A DNA stretch of 64,000 nucleotides from Candidatus Avigastranaerophilus sp. (GCA_045599645.1 JAZRWI010000089.1:33657-97656); one strand, 5' to 3'; shown: positions 8,779 to 17,547, numbered from the stretch's first letter. Notes: generated by a model not told the origin, from the letters alone. A program made the numbers and translations.

Positions 8779-10999
8779 TAATAAAGATAAGGTTCTTAGC
8801 CAGATGAGCGAAATCCTTGAAAAGCATAAAGAATCTGAGAACAAGAGAATAAAATCTATTGAAAATTCTTTTGATAAAATTTTTGGCAATTCAGAAAAAC
8901 GTGATTTTGTTCCTTTGCCTAATAACCCTTTGCAGGCAGTAGTTTCTTATGTGGCTAAGTGCTATGGTTTACCTGATTTTAAACTTATCGATGATTCGGA
9001 TAAGTGCATAGCAGATTGTGACAGTAAAATTCAACGTATTATCGAAATTCTGAAAATTTCATGCGGCCGCTCTGGAATATTGGCTTGTTCAGTCTCTCTT
9101 GCAGATGATTGGTATAGCAGTAGTTTTGATCCGTTGATTGTGATAGGAAAAGATGATTCTTCTGTTTTTGCAGTAGTAAATCAAGGTGACAAGAGTATTG
9201 CCATTAATGGAGCAACAGGTGATAGAATTATTGTAGACAAGGAAACATACAAAAATTTCTATAGCTTTGCCTGGTATTTTGCTCGTTCATTACCTAATAA
9301 ATCTTTGACAATCTGGGAATTTCTGAGGTTTGTTTTTTATCCTCAAAGGCATACTATTATTAAATTTTTGGTAGTGTCTTTCCTGGTAAATACATTTTTG
9401 AGTTTTATTACACCATTAATAAATTATATTGTTTTTAGTGAAATAATACCAAATTCTAATAAAAGCTTAATTTTGTATTTGATAATAGCTACTGTGATTT
9501 TTTCTTTGGCGCAAAGCTGGCTGACTTATGTGCAATATGTTATTTTCGGTGTTCTTGCGCATTGGGGCGAAAAAGAAGTAGCTATTTCCATTTGGGACAG
9601 ATTAACCAGATTGCCTGTTTCTTTTTTTAAGAATATTTCTGCTGGTGATTTAGCCAGTAAATTTTCGGCTATTGGTAATATGTTTTTGGCTGTTCAAAGG
9701 GTTGTAATACACATAGGTGGACTGTTTCTGTTTCTGGGAGCTGCTTATTTTGCACCGATACCTTCTTTATGGGCTCTGTTTCTTGTGACCATAGTTGCAA
9801 TCATTCAATTTTATTCTTATAAATATTCTAAAAAATATATGTCCATTGAAACTGCTATTGGCAATAGAACTCAAGGCGTGTTCGTACAGTTTTTGAAGGG
9901 AATTACAAAATTACGGATTGCTGGTGCAGAAGCTGCTGTTACAGACATTTGGTTAAATGGATTTACAGAACAGAAATTAGTATATAAAAAATCATCTATG
10001 ATTAGTAAAATACCATTGGTTCTTCAGAATACATTGCCACAGATAATGTTTGTTGTTATTTCTTCTGCTATATTAATGCAGTTATATAGCTCGAATAAAT
10101 TGCCAATATCTGATTTTGCTGCGTTTATCTCTGCAATAACTATTTTTTCAAATAGCACTATAAGGATAGGACTTGGTTTAATGGCTTGTTTTTCTGATTA
10201 TGCTTCAATAAGTCAATTCCTTCCAATATTAGAGGCTGTGCCCGAAAAATATGATTACTCTTCAACTGTAACGCAGAATCCGGAAGGAAAGATTGAGGTT
10301 AATCATCTTAAATTCTCTTATGACAATAATAGAGAAGTTCTTAGTGACGTTTCGTTTTGTGCAAATCCAGGGGAACTGATAGCTATAACCGGCTCTTCTG
10401 GTTCTGGAAAATCAACCTTATTCAGGCTTATGCTAGGGTTAGAAACTCCAACAAGTGGTTCAATCCTATATGATGATGTTGATATGCTTCATTTAAACCT
10501 TGAATATTTTCGTAGTAAAATAGGGGTTGTGTTGCAGAATGCTGCTCTAATGCCAGATACAATACTAAGAAACATCATTGGTTATTCTTTGGATTTGTCT
10601 GAAGAAGATGCCTGGAAGGTGGCAGAACAGACAGGCTGTGATGAGGATATCCGAAGTTTTCCAAAACAGATGTATACTAAGATAACTACTGGAAGCGTAA
10701 TTTCTGGAGGGCAGAGGCAGAGAATTGCCTTAGCCAGGGCATTGGTTAAAAAACCAAAGATTATTTTCCTTGATGAGGCTACAAGTGCTTTGGATAATAA
10801 GACTCAGGCTATTGTTACAGAATCTCTCAGGCAGTCTGGAGCTACCAGAATCGTAATCGCTCATAGATTGAGCACTATTATTGATGCTGATAAAATCTTT
10901 TATTTAGACAAAGGAAAAATAGTTGAACAAGGCACTTATAAGGAATTGATGAACCTGAACGGGCACTTTGCTGCTATGGCACGTCGTCAGATTGCTTAA
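8771..10999 (+). CDS. Second ABC exporter (TMD+NBD) with about 190-aa N-terminal accessory domain
   Basis: 742 aa. The NBD carries GSSGSGKST, ISGGQRQR and IFLDEAT. The N-terminal extension (LQAVVSYVAKCYGLP ... FDPLIVIGKDDSSVFAVV ... IIVDKETYKNFY) resembles a second non-catalytic C39-like fold. It overlaps the upstream ABC gene by 8 nt. Confidence 0.85.
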   Translation: MIDNKDKVLSQMSEILEKHKESENKRIKSIENSFDKIFGNSEKRDFVPLPNNPLQAVVSYVAKCYGLPDFKLIDDSDKCIADCDSKIQRIIEILKISCGRSGILACSVSLADDWYSSSFDPLIVIGKDDSSVFAVVNQGDKSIAINGATGDRIIVDKETYKNFYSFAWYFARSLPNKSLTIWEFLRFVFYPQRHTIIKFLVVSFLVNTFLSFITPLINYIVFSEIIPNSNKSLILYLIIATVIFSLAQSWLTYVQYVIFGVLAHWGEKEVAISIWDRLTRLPVSFFKNISAGDLASKFSAIGNMFLAVQRVVIHIGGLFLFLGAAYFAPIPSLWALFLVTIVAIIQFYSYKYSKKYMSIETAIGNRTQGVFVQFLKGITKLRIAGAEAAVTDIWLNGFTEQKLVYKKSSMISKIPLVLQNTLPQIMFVVISSAILMQLYSSNKLPISDFAAFISAITIFSNSTIRIGLGLMACFSDYASISQFLPILEAVPEKYDYSSTVTQNPEGKIEVNHLKFSYDNNREVLSDVSFCANPGELIAITGSSGSGKSTLFRLMLGLETPTSGSILYDDVDMLHLNLEYFRSKIGVVLQNAALMPDTILRNIIGYSLDLSEEDAWKVAEQTGCDEDIRSFPKQMYTKITTGSVISGGQRQRIALARALVKKPKIIFLDEATSALDNKTQAIVTESLRQSGATRIVIAHRLSTIIDADKIFYLDKGKIVEQGTYKELMNLNGHFAAMARRQIA

Positions 11000-11048
11000 A
11001 CATTTTTTGTAACCATTGAATGATTTACTGATTTCTTTTCAAACAGTC

Positions 11049-11489
11049 TCATTTGCTCTTCACTTGCCATTTCCCGCGGGACCAGGTTGCGTAGTCTGTG
11101 GGTTCAGCATTGCCAACCCTGTGCTGAATGATGCCGCGGCCAATGATATAGGTTCCGCAGGTGCAGACCTTGGTGCCCTTGCCTGCAACATACGGAAGGG
11201 CATCCTTGGCGTCTTTTAATTCGTTTATTGGTTTATGACCGCATTTACATGCTGGCAGCGGCTCCTGGCCGATGAAAAGCTGTCTTTCAAGCCAGGCAAT
11301 ACCATGAACTACGAACAGCAAAAGAGCAGGTCCGATTAAAATACCGGCATAGCCCCAGTATTCCCCGTATCTGGAAAAAAACACATCACCGAAATAGCCT
11401 GCGATTATAAGCAGGGCCAGGGCAACAGTTTCCATTTTAAGGCCACCCTTTTTGTTGTTTGTAATTCTTGGTTTCATTGGTTTATACAT
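11049..11489 (-). CDS. Small membrane protein with C-terminal Cys cluster (hypothetical)
   Basis: 146-aa ORF. The more likely start is ATG 11435, preceded by an AAGGGTGG RBS. It has two TM helices and then a CKC...CTC cluster. Its 3' end contains copy B of the 45-bp repeat. The overlapping track ORF 11016..11219(+) is a shadow. Confidence 0.55.
   Translation of the reverse strand: MYKPMKPRITNNKKGGLKMETVALALLIIAGYFGDVFFSRYGEYWGYAGILIGPALLLFVVHGIAWLERQLFIGQEPLPACKCGHKPINELKDAKDALPYVAGKGTKVCTCGTYIIGRGIIQHRVGNAEPTDYATWSRGKWQVKSK
11074..11118. repeat. 45-bp direct repeat, copy B (partner at 3886..3930)
   Basis: Matches copy A at 43/45 positions. It lies inside the 3' coding end of 11049..11489(-). 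Confidence 0.9.
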
Positions 11490-11490
11490 A

Positions 11491-11952
11491 CTTGGTATCG
11501 AAGTGTAGCTAGTAAAGCTTTAAGCTCCAAGCTTTAAGCTTTAAGCTCCAAGCTTTAAGCTCCAAGCTATAAGCTATAAGCTTTAAGCTCCAAGCTATAA
11601 GCTATAAGCTATAAGCTCCAAGCTATAAGCTATAAGCTTTAAGCTATAAGCTCCAAGCTATAAGCTATAAGCTATAAGCTCCAAGCTATAAGCTATAAGC
11701 TTTAAGCTCCAAGCTCCAAGCTATAAGCTATAAGCTTTAAGCTCCAAGCTATAAGCTATAAGCTCCAAGCTATAAGCTATAAGCTTTAAGCTATAAGCTC
11801 CAAGCTTCAAGCTTTAGGCTTCCGGCTTCCAGCGGCCTGCTTTCTCGGCCAAGAGCTAAGAGCCAGCAGCCAAAAGCTTATTGCAACAAACCTTATACCC
11901 ACCTGGTATCGAAGCACTGTCCTGCTTCAAGCTTATAGCTTCCAGCTTCCTA
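11491..11952. repeat. Composite element: conserved 30-bp left end, about 45 tandem heptamers (AAGCTNN), about 100-bp core, short second array
   Basis: 11491-11520 is identical to 18126-18155. The array at 11514-11838 uses the units AAGCTTT, AAGCTCC and AAGCTAT. The core at 11832-11930 (..GGCCTGCTTTCTCGGCCAAGAGCTAAGAGCC..AAACCTTATACCCACCTGGTATCGAAGCACTGTCCTGCTTC) is homologous to the cores at 18306-18409 and 18614-18708. Confidence 0.95.
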
Positions 11953-12384
11953 CTACTTCAGGCTGTCAAGGTGTTGCTTGATTGCGTCGCGCATTGGTTT
12001 GAAGAATGCTGTAGTATCAAGCTTGGGTTCGATTCTTTTCCAGACAGAGTTAATCGGGTAAACAACACTGCCGGTTACTTCGTCTACGAGAGCAGGTTCA
12101 CTGCCGAACTGATCTTCAATGATCTGCCAGCCAAAGCCGAATTCAGCTTTGAGAAGCTCACCGAAGAGGCTGCCAAAGCAGTTGGCCATTTCCTCATTGC
12201 CAGCCTTAGTAGCAGATTTATCTTCTGCCCAGGCCTTGAAAACCTTATCAAGATTTTCAAAATTAACAGGACCTTTTACCATGCCGGAATAGGAAGCGTA
12301 AATTTCGCGGCCCTTAGTGGTATTGGCTGCTATTTTTGTAAGTTCCTTCGGGCTTAAACCCAAAATTCTTGGTGTCATATTCAT
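11953..12384 (-). CDS. Hypothetical cytoplasmic protein (possibly DUF3806-like)
   Basis: 143-aa ORF with balanced composition. The opposite-strand ORF 11881..12357(+) has an unnatural Cys/Phe-rich composition and is taken as a shadow. The family assignment is from memory only. Confidence 0.6.
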   Translation of the reverse strand: MNMTPRILGLSPKELTKIAANTTKGREIYASYSGMVKGPVNFENLDKVFKAWAEDKSATKAGNEEMANCFGSLFGELLKAEFGFGWQIIEDQFGSEPALVDEVTGSVVYPINSVWKRIEPKLDTTAFFKPMRDAIKQHLDSLK

Positions 12385-12484
12385 ATCATTTCTCTTTTTA
12401 TCTTTAAAAATTTTGTTTTACGTGTTAAAACTACTAAGTATTTAAATTATCACACAATTTTCGTCAATAGAAAAGGAATCAAAA

Positions 12485-13693
12485 ATGGCAAATTCTAAAG
12501 TTATTTTAATCGTTAACTGCGGTAGCTCTTCTCTTAAGTATGCTCTTATCAGAATGCCAGAACGTGAACAGCTCGGCAAGGGTCTTGTAGAAAGAATCGG
12601 CCTTGAAATGGGTCATCTTGAACAGAAGGCTAATGGTAAGGTTTATGAAGTTAATCAGAAGATTGAAACCCACAAGGTTGCAATGGAACTGGTTATGAAG
12701 GCTATTACCGATTCAGAAAAGGGTATCATCAAGGATACTAAGGAAATCGCAGCTATCGGTCATCGCGTTCTCCATGGCGGTAAGTATTACTATGATTCAA
12801 TCATTGTTAATGCTGATGTTAAGAAAGCTATTAAGGACTGCTTCGAACTCGGTCCATTACACAACCCGGCTAACCTCATGGGTATCGAAGCTTGTGAAGC
12901 TGCAATGCCAGGCGTTCCAAATGTTGCCGTTTTTGATACTGCTTTTGGTATGTCAATGCCGGAAAAAGCTTACCTCTATGCTATTCCTCACGAATATTAC
13001 GAAAAATATTCTATCCGCCGCTACGGTTTCCACGGAACCAGCCACAAGTTTGTTTCCAACGAAGCTATCAAGTTTGCTAACCTTGATCCCAAGAATGCAA
13101 AGGTTATCGTTTGCCACCTCGGCAACGGCGCCAGCGTTTCTGCTTCAATCGGTGGTAAGTGCGTAGATACTTCTATGGGTCTCACTCCTCTCGAAGGCCT
13201 TATCATGGGCACCAGAAGCGGTGACGTAGACCCGGCAGTTCTTCAGTTCATCATGAACAAGGAACACCTTACTGCTGACCAGATGCTCAACATCCTCAAC
13301 AAGAAGTCTGGCGTTCTCGGTATGAGCGGTGGAGTTTCCAGCGACTTCCGTGATGTCGGTAAGGCTAAGGCTGAAGGCAACCATCTTGCTGAAGTAGCTC
13401 TTGATGCTTTCATTTACAGAGTTGTTAAGTATGTTGGTGCTTACACAGCAGCAATGAACGGCGTTGACGCAATCTGCTTCTGCGCTGGCGTTGGTGAAAA
13501 TGACAAGGCTGCTAGAAAGCAGATTTGTGAACACCTGAGCTATCTGGGTGTTAAGATTGATGATAATGCAAATGATATCCGCGGTGAAAGAAGAGTTATC
13601 TCTGCTGCAGATTCTAAGGTTAAGGTTATCCTTCTTCCAACAAACGAAGAACTTCAGATTGCTATCGATACCTTCGAACTTACTGGTAAGTAA
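12485..13693 (+). CDS. ackA: Acetate kinase
   Basis: 402 aa with hallmark motifs ILIVNCGSSSLKY, GHRVLHGG, YGFHGTSH and LPTNEEL. An AAAGGAA RBS precedes the start. A strong terminator follows. Confidence 0.97.
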   Translation: MANSKVILIVNCGSSSLKYALIRMPEREQLGKGLVERIGLEMGHLEQKANGKVYEVNQKIETHKVAMELVMKAITDSEKGIIKDTKEIAAIGHRVLHGGKYYYDSIIVNADVKKAIKDCFELGPLHNPANLMGIEACEAAMPGVPNVAVFDTAFGMSMPEKAYLYAIPHEYYEKYSIRRYGFHGTSHKFVSNEAIKFANLDPKNAKVIVCHLGNGASVSASIGGKCVDTSMGLTPLEGLIMGTRSGDVDPAVLQFIMNKEHLTADQMLNILNKKSGVLGMSGGVSSDFRDVGKAKAEGNHLAEVALDAFIYRVVKYVGAYTAAMNGVDAICFCAGVGENDKAARKQICEHLSYLGVKIDDNANDIRGERRVISAADSKVKVILLPTNEELQIAIDTFELTGK

Positions 13694-13719
13694 TAACGTC
13701 TGATTCGCTTTTGGTAAAA

Positions 13720-13752
13720 GAAACCACGCGATTATCGCGTGGTTTCTTTTTT
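13720..13752 (+). terminator. Rho-independent terminator of ackA
   Basis: GAAACCACGCGA-tta-TCGCGTGGTTTC forms a perfect 12-bp stem and is followed by TTTTTT. Confidence 0.9.
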
Positions 13753-13818
13753 ATGATTTAGCAAGATATTGCAGAAATTATATATTAAAGTTATACTTTA
13801 ATAAGGTAAGGAGGGCAT

Positions 13819-14064
13819 ATGTCAGCAACGTTAAAAGGTTATTTTGATGGAAACAAAATAGTATTTGATGACAATATAACGCTTAATGCTGGGCAAAAAG
13901 TTCTTGTTACTATACTTGATCAGATTGATTTGAATCAAAAAGCGATCAGAAAAGAAAAAATACATAATGCTTTGCTTAGATTATCTGGGGCTTTGTCTGG
14001 TATAAATATCACTGAAGAAGAAATCCGTGACGAACGTTTGAAAAAGTATGAAACTACTGATTGA
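13819..14064 (+). CDS. Antitoxin of a PIN-type toxin-antitoxin pair (DUF104/VapB-like)
   Basis: 81 aa. The N-terminal pattern (KGYFDGNKIVFDDNITLNAGQKVLVTIL) is typical of small PIN-associated antitoxins. It overlaps the PIN gene by 17 nt. Confidence 0.7.
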   Translation: MSATLKGYFDGNKIVFDDNITLNAGQKVLVTILDQIDLNQKAIRKEKIHNALLRLSGALSGINITEEEIRDERLKKYETTD

Positions 14065-14470
14065 TACAAATGTAATTTTAGATGTTTTGTTACATCGGGA
14101 AGTCTTTTTTGATAATTCTTTCAGTGTTATGCAGTTAATAGAAAAAGATGATTTTGAAGGTTATATTTCGGCCTCATCCATTACAGATATTTTTTATATA
14201 GTAAATAAGAAATTAAAAGATAAAGAGTTGGTTATTAGCTTATTAAAAGATATTTTAACGATTGTTGAAATTCAAGGAGTTAACAGGCAAGAGATTTTTT
14301 CTGCATTAGCTCTTGGGTGGGATGATTTTGAAGATGCTGTTCAATATTCTACAGCTGTTTTTGCTGACATGGATTGTATTATAACAAGAAATAAAAGTGA
14401 TTTTTCAATGTCAAAAATACCAGTTTATACTCCTAAAGAAGCATTAGAAGAATTTTCTAATCAATTATAG
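14048..14470 (+). CDS. PIN-domain ribonuclease toxin (VapC-like)
   Basis: 140 aa with the acidic PIN signature residues in context: LLIDTNV, DFEDAVQ and IITRNKSDF. Confidence 0.85.
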   Translation: MKLLIDTNVILDVLLHREVFFDNSFSVMQLIEKDDFEGYISASSITDIFYIVNKKLKDKELVISLLKDILTIVEIQGVNRQEIFSALALGWDDFEDAVQYSTAVFADMDCIITRNKSDFSMSKIPVYTPKEALEEFSNQL

Positions 14471-14515
14471 ATTAGTTTTTGAAGTGAAAATAAGTAAAAC
14501 GAAAGATAATAAAAT

Positions 14516-15133
14516 ATGACTACTAACCAGACTATTGATTTTTATGATAATAATGCGGCTGATTTTTGTGAAAAGCATGATTCTGTGAGCTTGGATCTGT
14601 TTCATAAAGCGGTCAGGGAAAATATACCGGCAGGTTCTAGGATTATTGAGATTGGCTGTGGTTCTGGTCGTGATGCTGCACGCTCTCTGGCTGATGGCTA
14701 TGATATTATTGCCATGGACGGCTCAAAGGGATTGCTGGCAGAAATTCCTCGTTTTCATCCTGAATTAAAGGACAGGCTGCTTTTCGGTATTCTTCCGTGT
14801 AGATTTGATTACCCTGATGGGTATTTTGACGGCTTTTATTCTGTAGCCTGCCTTATGCATTTATATGAAAAGGATTTGCCCGAAACCCTGAAGGAACTGA
14901 ACAGAATAGTCAAAAAGGGTGGCAAAGGCCTTGCATCTATTCCCACAACACGTAATGATGTAAAGGATGACGGAATTGATGAAAAAGGCCGCGTAATGAA
15001 CGTTATGGCCTTAGAAAAATGGGAAAGCTATTTCAAGGCAGCCGGCTTTGCTGTTTCCCGTGGCGATGAAGAACCCGATAAGCTCGGTCGTCCCGGTATT
15101 TTCTGGTTAACCTTTATCCTGACCAAGCTTTGA
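14516..15133 (+). CDS. Class I SAM-dependent methyltransferase
   Basis: 205 aa. It carries the motif I sequence IIEIGCGSGRDA and a downstream acidic loop (IIAMDGS). Confidence 0.85.
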   Translation: MTTNQTIDFYDNNAADFCEKHDSVSLDLFHKAVRENIPAGSRIIEIGCGSGRDAARSLADGYDIIAMDGSKGLLAEIPRFHPELKDRLLFGILPCRFDYPDGYFDGFYSVACLMHLYEKDLPETLKELNRIVKKGGKGLASIPTTRNDVKDDGIDEKGRVMNVMALEKWESYFKAAGFAVSRGDEEPDKLGRPGIFWLTFILTKL

Positions 15134-15137
15134 TAAG

Positions 15138-16439
15138 TTAGAGGTCTATAGATTGTTCGTCTAGCAGGAACTGTTCCAGACCAAGGTATAGAATGCCTTT
15201 TTCGTCTCGCCATGGCTTTATATAGTCACGAACAACAACTATTTTATTGAAAGAATCAGGTATTCGCTCTAAGGAAGCTATTTCTTGCTTCCTTTTGTCC
15301 GGGTCTGCTATTGATAAAGCAGATTGAATATAATAACGCTTCAGACCACGGTTAACTACAAAATCAACCTCTAATTGTTTCCTTATTTTTTTGTTATCAT
15401 CGGTTTTCAGGTTTTGTTCAACTACACCAACATCTATGTCAAATCCTCTTCTGAGCAAATCGCAGTATAGAATGTTTTCCATAATATGGGTCTCTTCCTG
15501 CTGCCTGAAGCCAAGACGTGCATTTCTTAATCCTACATCAGTAAAATAGTATTTTAGTGGCGTTTTTAAGTATTTTTTGCCTTTTACGTCGAAACGTTCT
15601 GTTTTATTTATTAAAAAGGCATCAACAAAGTAGCCTAAATATTTTTCTATAGTGGCTGAACTGATTTTGATCTGTTTTTCGCTGGCAAAAGTATTTGAAA
15701 GCTTTGTTGGATTGGTAAGAGAGCCTGTTGATGAGGCTACTATATTTATCAAATCTTCTATGATAGATTTTTCGTTTTGTATTTTGTTTCGTTCCAGAAT
15801 GTCTTTAAAATAAGTTCTTGCAAACAAGTCTCGTAGATATTTGCTTTTTTCTTCATGGGTTTCTAGCGAAAGTACAAAAGGCATGCCACCATATGTGTAA
15901 AAATCTTGCCAGATTATTCTTGGGTCACCGTTTTGGGTTTCAAAAAATTCAGCATAGGACAGCGGATGCACACGAATTTCATCTCCTCTGTCTCTAAACT
16001 GGGTCAGAATATCTGAAGATAGCATCTTTGAATTACTACCAGTGATATATATGTCAGCATTTTTTATTTTCATAAGGCCAAGAATTACATCAACAAAAGT
16101 GATTTTATTTTCTTTGCTGTCTATGTATGGATTCTGGATAGTTGAAACGAATTGTATTTCGTCAATAATGATGTAATAGTGTCTGTTACTGTCTACTATT
16201 CTTTCTCTTATATATTTATCGAGTTTAATTGGATTTCTGTATTCTATATTCGATAATTCTTCTAACGAGATTTTTATTATTTCATTGTCTGATATGCCAA
16301 TAGATTTTAAATATTTTGTGTATAACTCAAACAGCAAATAAGATTTTCCACAGCGTCTTATACCGGAAATGATTTTTACTCTTCCGTTGTCTTTTTTCTT
16401 TATTAAGGCTTGTATATACTGGTTCCTGTTGATTTTCAT
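15138..16439 (-). CDS. AAA-type ATPase of the DUF4143 (COG1373) family
   Basis: 433 aa with P-loop GIRRCGKSYLL and Walker B YYIIIDEIQ. The C-terminal region is typical of DUF4143 proteins. Confidence 0.85.
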   Translation of the reverse strand: MKINRNQYIQALIKKKDNGRVKIISGIRRCGKSYLLFELYTKYLKSIGISDNEIIKISLEELSNIEYRNPIKLDKYIRERIVDSNRHYYIIIDEIQFVSTIQNPYIDSKENKITFVDVILGLMKIKNADIYITGSNSKMLSSDILTQFRDRGDEIRVHPLSYAEFFETQNGDPRIIWQDFYTYGGMPFVLSLETHEEKSKYLRDLFARTYFKDILERNKIQNEKSIIEDLINIVASSTGSLTNPTKLSNTFASEKQIKISSATIEKYLGYFVDAFLINKTERFDVKGKKYLKTPLKYYFTDVGLRNARLGFRQQEETHIMENILYCDLLRRGFDIDVGVVEQNLKTDDNKKIRKQLEVDFVVNRGLKRYYIQSALSIADPDKRKQEIASLERIPDSFNKIVVVRDYIKPWRDEKGILYLGLEQFLLDEQSIDL

Positions 16440-16450
16440 AATTTTGCCCG

Positions 16451-16558
16451 AAAAATTATTGCGGATTCCGCATTTTTTTTACGAGTAAATTATATCAGTG
16501 TTATTCGTAAAAATCAAACTACTCAAAAAATTATTGCGGATTCCGCATTTTTTTTACG
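16451..16558. repeat. Two copies of a 33-bp palindrome-containing direct repeat
   Basis: AAAAATTATTGCGGATTCCGCATTTTTTTTACG occurs at 16451-16483 and again at 16525-16558. Each copy contains the inverted repeat GCGGA-T-TCCGC flanked by A and T runs. The pair lies between two co-directional minus-strand genes. Confidence 0.85.
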
Positions 16559-16572
16559 GGTTGGTCTTGGGT

Positions 16573-17547
16573 TTATTTTCGAGAAAAAACAACGGCTTGT
16601 TTTATAGAGGCTAAAATAATACTGACTACTCTTGGCTGTAAATAAATATCGGGAAGTTTGGACTTACTATATTGATATTTTGTTGAGTTGGTAAGTTTTG
16701 TGAGTAAATCAGTAAAGTAGCGTTCCCAACTGAAATAGTTATTACTATTAATGTAATCAGACGGATTCATGAGTATATTATCCAGGTCTTTATCTTCAAA
16801 AAGTTTCGAAGCTAAGATTAACCATTCAAAAGACTCTGGTAAATATAATTTAATGTTTTTATTTCCAATAAGTTTAACAATACGATCTATTTCAGAACCA
16901 AATGCTGCACCATCAGCAATAATCAGGGTGCCTTTATCATTCTGACTATCAAGCAAATGGAATATGTTTGCTTTACCCTTAGCAGATTCACAGTCTATTG
17001 CATTTTGTTGGCAAACAGCAGAAAAAAAATCATTTCCGGAATTTGAATCTTCAGTTATTATTTTTTCTGGGATTATAGGAACAGACAAAAATCTTTCATT
17101 GGAATAAATCTTATAAAATTCGTGATAGGTCTGGTTTAAATAATTATATTTTCCAGAATTTTTAATGCCGTATATTTCATTAACACTGTATGGCAACGAA
17201 TGTAAGCTTTCTCTGGTTACAATAACATAGTAATTGTCTGTATTTTTTATACAATTAGCAAAATCGTGGGAAGAAACAAAATAATTACCTTCATCAATAA
17301 ACACAATGCTATCAGAGATTAAGCCCAGTTGTTTCTGCCAGTTATTACCATTTATTACTGCACAGGTTTTGTCACATATTAATTCGATACCACTTTCTAT
17401 ACCGTTTTCAGAGTATTCGCGAATCATATCAACTAAAGAGGTTTTGCCTGTTGCACTGTTGCCCTGAATTATTGTAATGTTTCGCCTTAGTTCAAAATCA
17501 TAGCGTAAGCGTTTACTACGAATCGATATTTTATGAATGCCTTTCAT
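16573..17547 (-). CDS. Compact P-loop NTPase with C-terminal TOPRIM/DUF4435-like region (OLD/PARIS-like, tentative)
   Basis: 324 aa. Walker A is QGNSATGKTS and Walker B is IVFIDEG only about 45 aa later. The C-terminal half has acidic motifs (IITEDSNSGND and LIIADGAAFGSEID) reminiscent of TOPRIM. The fold assignment is inference. Confidence 0.6.
   Translation of the reverse strand: MKGIHKISIRSKRLRYDFELRRNITIIQGNSATGKTSLVDMIREYSENGIESGIELICDKTCAVINGNNWQKQLGLISDSIVFIDEGNYFVSSHDFANCIKNTDNYYVIVTRESLHSLPYSVNEIYGIKNSGKYNYLNQTYHEFYKIYSNERFLSVPIIPEKIITEDSNSGNDFFSAVCQQNAIDCESAKGKANIFHLLDSQNDKGTLIIADGAAFGSEIDRIVKLIGNKNIKLYLPESFEWLILASKLFEDKDLDNILMNPSDYINSNNYFSWERYFTDLLTKLTNSTKYQYSKSKLPDIYLQPRVVSIILASIKQAVVFSRK

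Noticed and set aside
4078-10999. The idea that the HlyD/ABC cassette exports the neighbouring giant adhesins.
   Set aside because: Both adhesins have classical Sec signal peptides and C-terminal YadA-type anchors, so they are type Vc self-transporters. They are also separated from the cassette by 8 kb of unrelated genes.
11881-12357. The 158-aa plus-strand ORF opposite 11953..12384(-).
   Set aside because: It has an unnatural composition rich in Cys, Phe and Leu, and its 5' end lies inside the repeat core. The minus-strand ORF has protein-like composition.
12774-13534. ORFs 12774..13166(+), 13021..13212(-) and 13145..13534(-) within ackA.
   Set aside because: They lie fully inside a confidently identified conserved gene and are frame or antisense shadows.
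16410-16607. The 65-aa plus-strand ORF that spans the duplicated palindromic motif.
   Set aside because: It is made of the repeat itself (IIADSAFFLRV occurs twice). It has no RBS and overlaps two gene ends.
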